DNA from: Prorocentrum cordatum
Lineage: Eukaryota
Assembly (NCBI GenBank): GCA_963575745.1
Contig: CAUYUJ010000002.1
Location: forward strand, 1,302,001-1,366,000
Length of the DNA stretch: 64,000 bases
Reading direction: 5' to 3'
Positions 22,501-35,226 of the stretch are shown here, one piece after another. Under the pieces are notes generated by a model. The model did not search any database. It saw only the letters and a list, made by a program, of their open reading frames with translations, and was not told where the DNA came from. How positions within the stretch are numbered: position 1 is the stretch's first letter; each line of letters begins with the position of its first letter. The translations under genes and the position numbers were made by a program.

Positions 22501-24070
22501 GTTCTTCGCCAACTGGAGAGGTCTGCATACCACAAGCTGGTCGAAGGTGGCCTGTTCTGTGGTCTTGCTGCTCCAGAAGCCGACGCGGACGTAGTTTGCC
22601 CCAGCGAGCAGTTGGCCCCCGATCGCACTCCCCCCGAGTTGTCGGATCGGGTCGCCTCTGTTTTGATCTCGTCACGGCTGGTCCCCGCTCGAAAAAAATT
22701 CTCCGCTCGGGAAAAAAGGGTTGCCTGATATTGTCTGCAATGCTATCTGGACCAACTCGCGTGCTCTGAGGTGCGGCTACCAGGTCAACCCCTTTTTGTG
22801 CTCTTTGTAAAACTCAGGCGGGCAGCATGTTTCACCGTCTCTGGGGGTGCGAGGCCTGCCAGGACGAGTGAGTTGAGTTGGTTGGGACTGATGGGATCCT
22901 GTGGGTCAGGGAGGCCCTCATGAACAATTCCCCCGACCTGATCGATGTCCTCATTGGTGCTTTCGCTCACCCTGGAGACCTGGTTCCTCCCCCTCTCAAG
23001 CAAGATGGGATGGCTGGCGTGACTGTGGAGCACTTCCAACAAGGATTCCTGGATTCTGGTTTGGAGTATCCTGGGCCCAAGTCTGTTAAGTCCCAAGGAA
23101 GTGTGTTGTTAGACGGCAATTGTTTTTTGTTCCAAAAACCCGCGAGCTCTCAAGGGTTGGTTGGGCGTTTGCAATGTTATTTGGCCAAAGCCACATGTTG
23201 GCCCGTGTGTACGGGCCCGTGTGGGCCCATGTGCCTCCAACCCCGCAACAAGGACAATTCGCTAGCCTGGCTGCTGCAGGTGTCAATCTAGACGGGCAGT
23301 CCGTGCTATACTCCGATTGTGCCTCTGTTGTTTCCGTGACTTCCCGGGCTCCTCGGGACCGCCTCGGGGGACAGAGGGCCTACGCTGGCTCTGTGCTCGA
23401 AGCCACCTCGGGTGCGGGGCCTCGCCTAGAAGGCCTGGTCAAAGTTTCGGCGCGCAAAGATCTGGACGAAGAAGGCATCTCTGCTCTAGAGCGATGGCGC
23501 AGAACTGGCAACCAGCTGGCCGACACAGCGGCCAAGAGAGGAGCATACCTTCACCCTCAGGCGGAGCCTGAGGTCTTGCAGAGCATCGATCGCGCTGTCA
23601 AGATAGCCAGATCTGTCATTTCACTTGCGGCGAAACTGCTGCCGAAGTGGCCTCGCCTCGACGTTTCGCAAGCTGAATTCATCAGGCCTCCGAGAGACGA
23701 GAGATCCTCGGAGTTTGAGGCCCACGTGTGGGCCTGGACGGGGGAGCTTTGGCAGTGCATGGCATGTCTGCGAGGAAGGCGAAGTGTTGTTTGCCCTCCT
23801 CCTGTCTGATGTGTTACCCCACCAAGCTCAGCCCAAAGCTTATCGAGCAAAACGGCAACCAATGCGCGGTTGTGGACTGCTCGGGTGGCTCCTTCCTCTG
23901 TATCTGTCGTAGATGCGGCTTTTACAGCACAGGGGGCCGCGTGATGAAGTGTCCCGTCTAAGACAGGGGGCGGGCCACACTGCCTGGAAATACTTCTCGT
24001 CAGGCAGGCACCCACAGCAGACCAAGAGGGAGAATAATGTCAGATTCCTCCCGTCTCCCTGGACTGTACA
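19547..24070 (+). pseudogene. LINE-B ORF2 (APE-RT-zinc finger-RNase H-Cys/His tail), fragmented
   Basis: APE: MTANCNSWG, LVQEHH, SGGVAIL, DYDYF. RT: LAKEKGGFRPIG, WDMYKYYE, RGIIAGCS, YIDD, VNLG. Finger: CALC...FHRLWGC. RNase H: LYSDC, GNQLAD. Tail: WQCMAC, ICRRCG, SGRHP. Confidence 0.9.
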
Positions 24071-26799
24071 GTAGGGAGGTTCAGCAGAGGGTCCCCTGAG
24101 GAGCGGGTCTAGGGGCAGTGGAGCGTGAACAAAAAATCCTCCCCCCCCTCTCCCTTTTCCTCCCGCCTGAATCGAACCGACCAGCGCTCGCAGGAATTCA
24201 TCCCCAGGCGCCGCTCCGGGCAGGCTGTGTTGCTCGGCGGATGGAATTGGTACGAAGACCCTACACAAACAATGTGCATCTCTACGTTCCTTGAATGGCT
24301 CGGTTGCCATTGCTGAAATGAGCCTTCCGCGATGCGTCCTCACGCAGCTCAACAGCTCAATGGTTTAGTTGAACGTCGCTGAATGCGATTGATGCGACTT
24401 CAAGTCCCATCAGCGGCTCAGCGCCCCCTCGTCCCTCCTGCCTCCTCTTTCTGCCTCCCCCTCCTTGTCCTCCTCCTCCTCCTCCTCCTCCTCTGCTCCG
24501 CCTCATCCACCCCCTCCTCGCTCCCCATTTACCTCCTCCACCTGTTCCTCTCGCCTCCTGCCTGGCCGCGGACGAAGGGTCCATCGACGGGCTCCGACCC
24601 GAGGCTGACTCCATCCAGAGGGGCTTTTGTCGCCGCTGACGGAGGTCCCATCCCCCCGCCAGCAACCCGACAAAGGCCGACCTCAGGGAGCCGCCCCTTA
24701 CTCAGGCCATGCCCGGAGATCGGGTGGCAGCTTACCAGCAGAGAGGCTGGTGATACAGTGATAAGACCCTTCCCATGGATTGAGACCCGTGGGAGACAAT
24801 GACGCCCAAGCTTCTGGAGTCCTCCTCCTCCTCCTCCTCCGCCTCCTCCTCCTCCTCCTCCTCCTCACTCCCTCGCTCCCCGCCTCTCCCAGGCGCACCT
24901 GGCGCAGGTCTTGGCGGAGCCGAACCAGGAGCCCGCCACGGTCTTCCCGTCCAGCCGGTGCCCTCGGGCGCCAGCCCACAGCGCCGGGGGCGTCGGCCCC
25001 GGCGGCTCGGCGGAAGAGGGAGGGAGGGAGGGATGAGGATGGAGGAGGGAGGGAAGGGAGAGGGGTGGAGGGAGAAGGGAGGGAGGTGGGGTGAGGAGGA
25101 AGGAGGGTGGGGCGAGCCGAGAAGGAGGGGTCGGGGTGGACGAGGAAGGGGGAGGAGTGTGAGGAGGGACGCGGATGACGGAGGGAGGGAAAGGCGAGGA
25201 GGAGAGGGGAGGGAGGAGGGAGGCTGGAGGAGCGGAGCAAGAGGCGGCATGGCGAACCCAATCCTCGACTTTGTGGGGTTTTCCAGTGGGTCGAAAATTC
25301 GAGAACAAACTCGGGGATATCTGGTGGGGGCCGTGCGTTCTCGATTGAGAGTGGACGAAAAATTCGGACACAACTCGGGGATATATGGTGGGGGCCGTGC
25401 GTTCTCGAGAGGGGTGCGTCCGAATAGCCTCCTGGGCCCCTGGGAATGTATCCCCGAGCTCCCATTCTTATCTGAGGCATGTTATTTGGAGGGAACTCGG
25501 GGAAGAGGCATCGCCTGCGATGGGAGGATGGATGGGGGGGATGCAGGAGGGAAGAGGGACGACCAATATCCCTCGAGACGTTGACAAGATCATGATGGGA
25601 ATGTGTGGCCCTTCTCTTCCTCTGCAGGCCTTCACTGGGCCCCAAGGGCGTCAAAAAACAACTCTGAAAAAACAAACAATCCCCGGGAAGGTGTTGGTAA
25701 GGAGGAAAGAGGGAAAGCGTGTCGTGGACGTTTGCCTGGACAGAAACACCTTGACACGTTGGAACTGGGGGGCGGGGGTGGGGGGGCCAGACAGAAGATT
25801 GAGCGCCCCTGGAGAACTGAGCCTGGGCACTGCCCTCCCTAAGTGGGGGCGCGTGCGGGAGCCTTGCAAGGGGGGAGGGGGTCGAACAGGGGAGGGGGGG
25901 GGCGCCTTCCTGCCTAACGCGAGGGGCGGGGGAGGGGAGGGGGAGGGGGAGGACGAGGAGGAGGAGGAAAGAGGAAGGACGATGCATGGATATAGTTTTC
26001 CGGTTTCTACGTGCTGACCGCCGCTGTCCATGGGTGGCATACTCGCATAGGTACTCGCAGGGATTCTCACATGAATTTCGGCCGGATATAGCATGGTGCG
26101 TTCCCCCTCTCCAGCGCCTGGATTCCATGTGGTTTCAAACGACCTTGCAGCGGGCCCGATCCAGACAGACTCCACACACCAATCCATACCAACTGTTGTT
26201 TAGTTATGTTCTGTTGCTCGCGCCGCGGAACCCATGCGCAAATCCACGCCATGGATGGAAACAATCATACAAAATCCACTCAGAATCCATACGGCAGAAC
26301 GCCCTGCCTGACAAGAGGCCCCAAAACTGTCCCCGAGAAGCCCCCGAGAGCGTCCCGCCTCGACGCCGCGAAGACTTCGATGGAAAGCAGCGCTCCCCCC
26401 CCCAGGCGCGTTCTTGCCTCGCGTCACGCTGTGGATCTCCGCGCGAGCGGGCGACTTGTCGCCATCGTCCGAGCTGCGTGCACACACCGCTTGACAAGTG
26501 GCGTACCCCGGCGCGGCCGCGGCGCACACGTTTCGTTCGCCGAAGCGCACGACGGCTGCAAGCGGGGCCGCACGGAAGCAGGCCAAATGTTGTCCTCGCC
26601 CATGCGCCGCGCAGCGGCTACTCGTCCTCCCATTCCTCCTCCTCCTCCTCCTCCTCCTCCTCCTCGTCCCCGTCCCCGAGGATGTGTGAAAGAGGCAGTG
26701 CTGTGCCTACACGGCCCATGCTGCGTCTTCGCCGCGCTCATCGGAAGTGTTGCCTATCCTGCCATTGACCGGCCAGTTACCTCCTCATCTTCCATTCCA

Positions 26800-26810
26800 T
26801 TCATCATCAG

Positions 26811-26857
<47 letters not shown>

Positions 26858-26909
26858 CCACCATTACCATCACCATCACCATCACCATCACCATCACCAT
26901 CATCATCAC

Positions 26910-26945
<36 letters not shown>

Positions 26946-27570
26946 AATCATCATCATAATCAGCATCATAGTCGTCGTCAGCATCATCAGCATCATCAGC
27001 ATCATACTCATCAGCATCAGCAGCAGCGTCAGCATCAGCATCAACATCACCATCATTATCATAATCATCTTCATCACAATCCTGATCCGACTCATCATCA
27101 GAAGCACCATCATCAACATCATCAGCAGCATCATCATCATACTCATCAGCACCAGCATCAGCATCAGCATCAGCATCATGAGCATCGTCATCAGCATAAT
27201 CATCATCAGCCTCATCCTCAACAGCATCCTCATCGTCATCATCATCAGCATCATCATCAACATCATCAGCATCATCATCATAACCAGCAGCAGCACCATC
27301 ATCATCAGCGGCAGCAGCATCATCGTGAGCAACATCAATATCATCATCATCAGCATCAGCATCAGCATGAGCATCATCATCATCATCATCATCATCATCG
27401 GCATCGTCAGCATCATCCACATTGTCATTATGGTCAGTATCATTACCAGCATTTCCATCAGCATCAGCATCAGCATCATCGTCATCGTCATCGTCATCAT
27501 CATCGTCATCGTCATCGTCATCGTCACCATCATCATCATCATCATCACCATCATCAGCAACAACATCTGC
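26800..27570. repeat. Degenerate (CAT)n tract
   Basis: Direct inspection. Confidence 0.97.
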
Positions 27571-28499
27571 TATCCTCCCTCCTGGAATCAGATTCCCACC
27601 TCCTCCACCCCCCCCCCATCGACGTCCTATTCCTCCATCTACAACTTCGACACACTTGGCAAGTTTCCTCGTGCGCCTTCTCCCCTTCGTCCTCCTCCTG
27701 CTCCTCCTCCTCTTCCTTCGCAACATACCCCCTCCCTCCCGTCGATATGAATATCCTCCTGCTCCCTCTTGTGTGCGTGTAGCAGTATTTATCCTCCCCC
27801 TCCACCCCCACCTCCGCCATCCCCCCTTCCTCGCCCATCGAAGGCGGGGCGCGGCGCGGAGCGAAACCTTTCGGGCACGTAGGTGATGGCCGCCAGCCCT
27901 AGCGGGCGCGCTGCGGCGAAGCGAACTGACGTGGGGTGGGGGCAGAAACGGCATACAGAGGACACCCTACCCCCCACGATATTTGCCTTTCGTTCTTCAT
28001 GATGGTTTGTGCATCCTCCTCGCCCTCCCGGTCGACGGGGGGGGCATCTCTGCGCACCCGCGCCACGCACGCCATGGAATTACGGGAGTGGGGCTGTTGT
28101 CTCAGCAAGCATGTATTGTTGCCTGCTGTCGGTGTGGTGGTCCTGGCGCGGACCACTACAGATGACCGGGAAACGTGTGCAGGAGTCCGAAGCCCCAACC
28201 CGAACGGCATTTCAATATTTGCGAACGCGAGAGAAGACCCGGGCGCCTGGCCACATGGATTTGGCCAGGAGAAAGTAACTGGCACACGTGGCCACGAGGG
28301 GCAACGCACAGCGCATCGTCGAATCTGAATTAATCCCCTCTCCCACCGCACCCTCCAAAACGTCATGTGTTTCCCTCCTTTCGCTCTTCGTGCCACTCTT
28401 CGTCCTCCTCCTGAAAAGATGGTGGTGGATCTGTTGCGAGAAAACATACGGAACTTGAGCTAAAGACAGTGCAAGCCAGTTCGGTCGCACACAAGCTGG

Positions 28500-31400
28500 C
28501 TTGCCTTCTATGGTTCACCACATCCGTGCACCTGCTCACCCAGTCGCAACGCTATACTCTGACACGCCCTCTCGGCACACAAGCCGAATATGAAGACGGG
28601 TGGGCTATAAACAGCGAAATGGACGAGGCAACGGAAGATTGCGAAACACATGAGCAGCGCAACGAAGCAAGGATTCCATCTTAAGCAAATCAAGATGTGC
28701 GTAGAATACAAAAAGTGGTAGCATAGCTGGTGCACGCAAGAGGAGACTACGATATGGGCGTAAAAGGCGCAGCGGCCTCCTAACACGCGTCACGCGATAA
28801 TGAAGAAACGCGAAGCACCCAGCCATGCAGTGCCTTAACAGCTTCTGTAGAACATGTATCCCACCGCATAGATGAGGACCTGGATTCGACACATCCTGAC
28901 CTCAAGTCCCCAGCACAGTGGCTCGCGATGAGAACTCTGATGTGGATTGGCCTGGCACTCCGTAGCGGGAGCCAACTCGCGCCCAATGGTTCTCACATAT
29001 GTACCGAAGCACCCGCACCAAGCTCACGAGGGCCTGCTCTGATCACTCTGCCGTCCACTCGTCTCACCGCCCATTGTTACCAATGCTGGCGATTTTCGAA
29101 GTGTCTGACTTTCTCCAACACGCGACGACGGCTCGCAATGGCATCGGCGGCACTTGCACCACTCTTTAACGGAAAGCCGCAATCAACTGCGAAATCCTTG
29201 GGAACGGAATGCAATCCGAACCTTGTGAGACAATTACAGCAATTCCGTGCCTCTCCGCTTCTCCACAAGCAAATGCCACGACAATGCGAATGAGACTTAT
29301 CGGCTTCATGAGAAGCCTCCCCCCACGTCGTTGCACCTCCGCCTGCTAATTTCTGCAATCTGCGCAGCCGGTGTCTATGTGCACACGTCGCTTCCCATGG
29401 CGCCTTCAAAAGCCAGTGTCTATGCGCTCGCGTCCCATAGGAACGTTGCCGTTCAATCCTGTCATGGCCCCGGAGGAAACTGTCCCATGTTGCGATTGTT
29501 CCGCGCCTTCCCAGCTCGGGGCTGACGCGAAGTGGGCAGCTCTTTAACTGGCAAGTGCAGATCGGAGGAGCTATTTGACAAAAAAGTTCCACCAAGCGAC
29601 TGGAGGTTGGCATCGCAGGCTCCTCATATTCTGGGCAACTTTGCCTTCCACCTGGCATGTCACATCTCTCTTTGCGCTGATCCAAGCATGCCGCTTCGAT
29701 GCGTATCACAGCGTGACCGTGGCCCACTGCGTGACATAATCCATCGCCGTTCCATTCCGCGGTTCGGGTCGGAATCCCGAGCAACTCCAGATACCCTGGC
29801 CATGTCTAGTCTGGTTGACGCGCGAAATCGACGCGCCAATCTCCCAACTAACGGCGGCGCCCCTGGCACCGTGCACTGACATGAACAGAGTCTCCCACGC
29901 GCGCCCGGGCCGCAAATTTCATCGGGCAGCCCGACTTGGGCCTCGGCGCGCAGAAATCCCGACTAACAAGTATACGCCCAGCTTTGAACCCTGTCTAGCG
30001 CTGCCTCGGCAACTGCCATGGGGGCCAACTCTGCGGGAGCTTCGAATGGAGAGGTGGCTGCAGATCTGTTCTTTTCATTGGGAATGCATTCGGTTGGCTG
30101 GGCCACCCGCCGGGATTGGCACTCGGGTATCGCCTCGTCGCCACTGTGCGACCGGGGGGGCTTTGCCGGCGACGGCTCAGCAATTGCCCTCGCTTGCTTC
30201 CCTGAAAACCACGCGCTTCGCATGTTGCCCCATCTCCTCGCCCCGCGCCTTGCGAGAATCTTCCCCGCGCGCCGCCCCGAGCCCGCCCCCGCTGACGCGC
30301 GGCTGCGTTTCTGCAGAACTTCCACATGCCGCGCGCGCGCGCCCTGGAACCCCTCAACCCACCCCTAGCGTCGGCGCGCCCAACCGGCTAAACGCAAGAG
30401 TGACCCTGGGCAAGAGTGACCTTTGGCGCGCAGCTTTTGGGGGCGCGAAAGGGCCAAACCCAAGGGGTCGGGCCGCCTATGTCGCATCGTGCTCGGCGAT
30501 CGGGGGCAGCCCGATGAGCCCGCGCCAAGGGCCACTCGGGCGAAGGGTCACTCTTGCGCGTAGTCGACCCAACAGATCCACAGGCGTGGCTGGATGTCCC
30601 GGGCAACGCGGCATGTCAGTTTAGCGGCGATACTGCGCGCCCCTCCTGTAGATCCCCCCTTCCGCTCCCGCCCCCTCAATCCCACCGCCCCCCCATCTTC
30701 AAGCGCATGGCCGGCGTCGAAGTCAAGAGTGACTCCGCGCAGGGCTGGGCTTAACTTGTTCTTTTGCCTGCGTCGAGCCCCCTGGTTCAAGTTAACGCTG
30801 GCCCATCGACGCCGCCATTTCGTTCGTGCCCGGTCATAAATTTCCGTTCTTTCGCTGGCTCACTTCAGTTGACTTGGAGCTTTGCGTGGGCGCCCTAATC
30901 GGTCGTCGGCGATCGCCCATGTAACTGGACCATCGAATATAGATCGACATAGTCGGTCGGGGCACCCCCCTGACATCATCGCTTGCCCTCCTGCAGCTCA
31001 CTAAAATGAGTCGACGCTGACCATCACGACTCACGTTAGAGGCCCCTTCGACGCAGGGGCTGCCGGCCATGAATCGCGCGATTTCCACGCGAGCGCCTCG
31101 TCTCCATTGGCAATCTGGCCCCAGTCATAACAGCGCAGATGCCCATCGTATGTCTGCGCGACATCGCGCTTCAGCAGTCTCAACATTGGCGACGCGGTTC
31201 ACGCGGTGCCTCCCGCAAGGCGCCCAAATGATCTCATAATCCTTTTATCTTTGGGTCTCACACAGTCCCACCGCACATTTGAAGCGACCGTCTCCGTCGC
31301 CGTCGCCATTGGCGGCCCAAGTCTTTCCGAGCTGACGGCCCGCGACCTGCCCCGGGCCGCGCGTTGTGGAAACCAACGTGACGTCAAGGCTGCTTTGCTC

Positions 31401-32540
31401 TTGATGTGTTCCGTTACTGCTGCTCGCGTCACCTCGCAGATTATGCGCCGTGGACAACCGCAGCATGATTCTCTCTTCCGCCATGCCAATAGCTCGGGTC
31501 GGCGACTGATGCCCGAACACACTGGACTGCACGCGGGGCGGATCTGCGCCGCATGCCCTCACGGGCCTCCTAACTTCAGTGGCCTTTGAATTGTGTCCAA
31601 GCCGGCGCCGAGCAATCACTCCGCTGCGTCGGTGTCCGACCCCGTCGTGCATATCCTGGTGCATGCCTCATCGGTGGTCACATCGCCGTGGTATTCCCGT
31701 ACTTGCTCGGTTTAATATCATTCCATCTTCTCGCCGTCGGACTCCCTGCCTTCTCCGACATCAAGGTTCTCTCGTTGCGTCATCGTCCTCGTGTTCTTCC
31801 GCTCGAACTTCCCCGGTCCTCTCGTCGTCTCCAAGATCCTCTGTCCTTCTGTTTGCCGCCGCTGACTTTGGTGGATTAGCGTTGGTCAGGTACTCGGCGC
31901 GGCTGCTATCTAGAGCGGTGCGAACCTTGCCCCATTCATCCACGGCCCCTGCAACTCCCTCACAACACCATGCTTGTCTGAAGGGAAAAAATCCGATGTG
32001 CCATCTAACCGAGTTCCTGATGCATTGCGCGCGGTCATCTCTCGTTGCTCAACAGCTCAGGGGATCGAACCCCGCGCGTCGGGGAACGCGCGTTTGGACG
32101 ACCGGCTCGCGTCGTCGTTGGATATATACCCTTTCTTCGACGGCCCACTTGCCCGCCAACGCTTCCTCCATCTCCTGGGTGTCAAGGTCATCTTGCCTGA
32201 TGCGCCAACTGGCGACAGGTTCTCGACACTCCGCGCTGGGGTTTGCGGGCGGAGCCCCCTCTGGCAATTTGGCCGCAACCGAGACGTCCTGGCGCGGGCC
32301 CCACGGCCACGCGCGTCGACTTCATTGCCGCGACCCCCCGCGCCACTTACGGCCGGGCATCCGAAGCGAAACCGTAACTTGGCGCTACCACTGGGATGCT
32401 CAGTCTGTCTTTGACATCCAATCCAAGCACGCTGGGGTCTGGTTGCCAGGGTAACCCTTTCATGTTGATGACCTCCCCTAAGTTCCACTTTTCCTCATCT
32501 CCTCTTGCGCCTGAGCGCTCGAGACTGGATGGCCCACCCT
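28500..32540 (-). pseudogene. Possible very old LINE remnant
   Basis: Only weak, frameshifted APE/RT-like peptides on the minus strand, such as FPQRAARGRSRAV and PTDYV. No intact catalytic motif seen. Confidence 0.25.
30385..30566. mobile_element. MITE family B (182 bp, 23-bp imperfect TIRs, ~7-bp TSD)
   Basis: CGGCTAAACGCAAGAGTGACCCT versus reverse complement of the right end CGACTACGCGCAAGAGTGACCCT. Flanks are GCCCAAC and ACCCAAC. Confidence 0.7.
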
Positions 32541-32611
32541 GGAGAGCCGACGGCTAGCGACTAACTTGTGGCTTGCTTCGCGCGCTCCGCCACCTTGCTC
32601 CGAGGCCGTTG

Positions 32612-35226
32612 TTTTCCCAACCATACTGCGGCGTTGGGCCCTCGTTTTGAAGAGACAGCGCACCGCGCCCCACCTCTACAATTACTCAATATGAATACTA
32701 CTTTCCCTCTTGCCCTGATGACGTGTCGGGCGTTCGCCCCCACGCCCCCCCCCACGTTTCGTGGCCCCACAGGGAGCTCCACCGAAGGCCCCAGCGGCTG
32801 CGCCCACATGCCGCCCCCGCACCCATTTCGGCACACCCCTCGCACGCTTCGCGGCCCCATAGAGAGATCCACCGAAGGCCTCAGCGGCAGGGCCCGCACG
32901 CCGCCCCCGCACCCATGTCGGCACGCCCCCTCGCGCGCTTCGTGGCCCCATAGGGAGCGCCACCAAAGGCGCCTGTGGCTGCGTCCGCATGCCTCCCCAC
33001 CATCCATGTCGGCGCACCCCTCATCCCTCGCACGTTTCGCGGCCCCTGGCCCCGCGTCGAGCTCCGCCGAAGGCCCCAGCGGAGACTTTCGCCCCCCGTG
33101 GGCCTCTTGAAACAGTGCGCGAACGCTCTGCCGGTGAGAGAGACCCGCCACAGGCCCTGTGTAATGTAATTCACGCAATATCGCTTGCTCTAATGTTTTT
33201 TGTTCAACGGAGCTGCCACCTGGCCGGATGCCTATCGTGATCCACCTGGGGGACTTCTTGCAGCTGAAGCCGATAGGAGGCAAGGTGTCGCGCATCTCCA
33301 TATTCGAGGAACTCGCGGCGGTGCGCACCAACCTCGCTCCAGAGTACCAGGCCGCGATGAAGTTCTTCTGCAACGCACCGCCGTGCTTCGTGCTCCAGGC
33401 GCCCAGCCGCTTCAAAGACCCGAAGCTTCGGGATATGATGGCGTTCTTGCGCAGGCCGGGGAAGCAGGCCCCTCCGGCCACCCGGGCCACGTGGAACGCC
33501 ATGCAGCTGAAACTGGAGGATCGCCGGCTCGGGGAGGGAAGGTTCCAGAGCGGCCACATGATTGGGCCCTACTGGGGCATCGTGGCGCGGCGGATGAACA
33601 TGCGTGCCCAGCGGGGCGCGGACGTCCTGAAGAAGCCCCTCTTCCTCGCGCAGGCCGCCGACAGGTCTGCTCCGACGATGAGCGTCAAGGACGCCGCCAA
33701 GATGATGAACTGCGCCTGCCCGAAGAACACTGGCGGCGTGCGCGGACTCCCCCCGGTGCACGCGGGCACGCGGATCCAGCTCCTGGAGGCGCTCGACCTC
33801 ACGAACGGCCCCGTCACGGATGCAGAGGGGCAGATCGCGCACATCGTCGTGGGCCCGCGGGAGAGGGGCAACGCCGACAAGGCCGAGAGACACGGGGAAA
33901 AGAGGATCCATCTGAAGCGCTTGCCGCTGAGCGCCGCTGGGATTCTGGGCGCGCATGGACAGGCGCGCGAGCGCGCCCTTCGTGGACGACCTGAAGCGCC
34001 GCGACGACAGCCTCACGGGAGACCTCGCGGGCCCGCTGGTGTTCATCGAGCCCCGTGCGTCGGGGCCGTTCACCTTCCGCGCCTCGAAGGTCACCCGGGC
34101 GGGCCCCCCGCTTTCGCACGGCACGGTCGTCGCCGCGGCGGCGTGCCAGGGGCGCGCCGCGCGGGAAGGCGGCGGGGCGGGGGAACAGCGCTCTGGGGCA
34201 GTCTACGGCCAGACCTGCTGGGCGGGAGTAGTCCGCAGCCAGACCTTCTCTCGGCCCCGTGGACTCTCGCCCTGGGCCGTCGGCTGTCTGGCGCGCTGCC
34301 CCCTCGGCCGACGTCGCCCGGGCGTGGCCCTGGGCGGCGGCCGCCGCGAGGTGGGGGGTGGCAAGATGGAGGACGACGACTGGTGGCTGGAGCTCCTGCT
34401 CACGCGGGCGCCGCGCATCGAGTTCTTCCTGGCAGGGCCGCCAGAGGGCACGCGGAAGCAGCTGGATCAGTTTGCGGCGCGCGTAAAGCGGCGCAGGAGG
34501 GAGGCGACAGCCCTCGCCAGGGAGCGAGGATTCACCGCGTTTATCCACGAGGCTTGACCTGAGGAGCGGCCCGTCCGAGCCCCGCCTTCTCTCGACGGTC
34601 TGACTGTTCGGCCTCGCGCCGCGGGCGACCCGCGCGCGTCGCTGGGGCCCTCTCGGGGCGACCAGCGCGCGTCGCGGGAATCCCGCGCTGCGCTCTGCCC
34701 AGGGCCTCGCTCGCCCCCGTCGTCGCTCTGCCCAGCGGCCACAGCCTTGCTCGCTATCAGCTAGCCAGCTCGCTCTCTGTGCTCCGCGGAGCGGGCGACC
34801 CGCGCGCGTCGCCGAGGCCCTTTCGGGCCGACCGGCGCGAGTCGCGGGGGCCCCGCGCGGCCCCGCGCCCGCGGCCGCGGACATCGGCGCGCGCGGGCAG
34901 AGAGGGGGAAAAATAACGGGAAGGAAGCGGGCGCGATCCTCGTGAGGACCCTGAGGAGCGCGCCGACATGGTCGTCGACATTCATGCGCGTAGACTGATA
35001 AGCACGCAGACTCGTTCACAATCAGACGCGCTCGCGCTCAGGCTCACCCGTTCTCAGTCTCTCGCACTCAGACTGATCGTCTGTGTTCGCGCGGCGTACC
35101 CCGCCGCGCACTTCGGCGCGCCACTCGCGCGGCTCGTGGCCCCGTAAGGAGCGCGGGCGAAGATTATGTGCACATTGGCGGTATTCACAGCTGCATTTGG
35201 TTGGGTCCTTCGCCAGGCAATTTTTT
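32612..35226 (+). mobile_element. Helentron/Helitron2-like element H2
   Basis: 5' end is TTTT-CCCAACCAT...GTTGGG (32612-32638). About 4 degenerate 90-bp units follow (32740-33100), then the helicase and a 3' region homologous to H1. 3' end is TGGTTGGG (35198-35205), CCT-tcgcc-AGG, then a T-run. Confidence 0.8.
33228..34557 (+). pseudogene. Pif1-like helicase, motif III to C-terminus, frameshifted
   Basis: IHLGDFLQLKPI (Pif1 motif III), SRFKD, VHAGTRIQLLEALDLTNG and ACQGR. Frameshift near 33940. Motif VI is deleted. The 153-bp intron homologue at 34169-34321 has its acceptor mutated to GG. Confidence 0.9.

Larger units (their letters stand above)
17900..24420 (+). mobile_element. Non-LTR retrotransposon (LINE-B), full length but decayed; 3' boundary approximate
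   Basis: ORF1 and ORF2 motifs in order across many frameshifts and stops. Confidence 0.9.

Noticed and set aside
32518..32533. Spliced-leader relic (minus strand GCCATCCAGTCTCGAG); similar weak match near 28455-28470
   Set aside because: Only about 10-11 of 16 positions match, which is not distinguishable from chance.
33228..34557. Host PIF1 gene
   Set aside because: There are three truncated or decayed copies enclosed by shared element termini and lacking motifs I-II, which fits a transposon helicase better.
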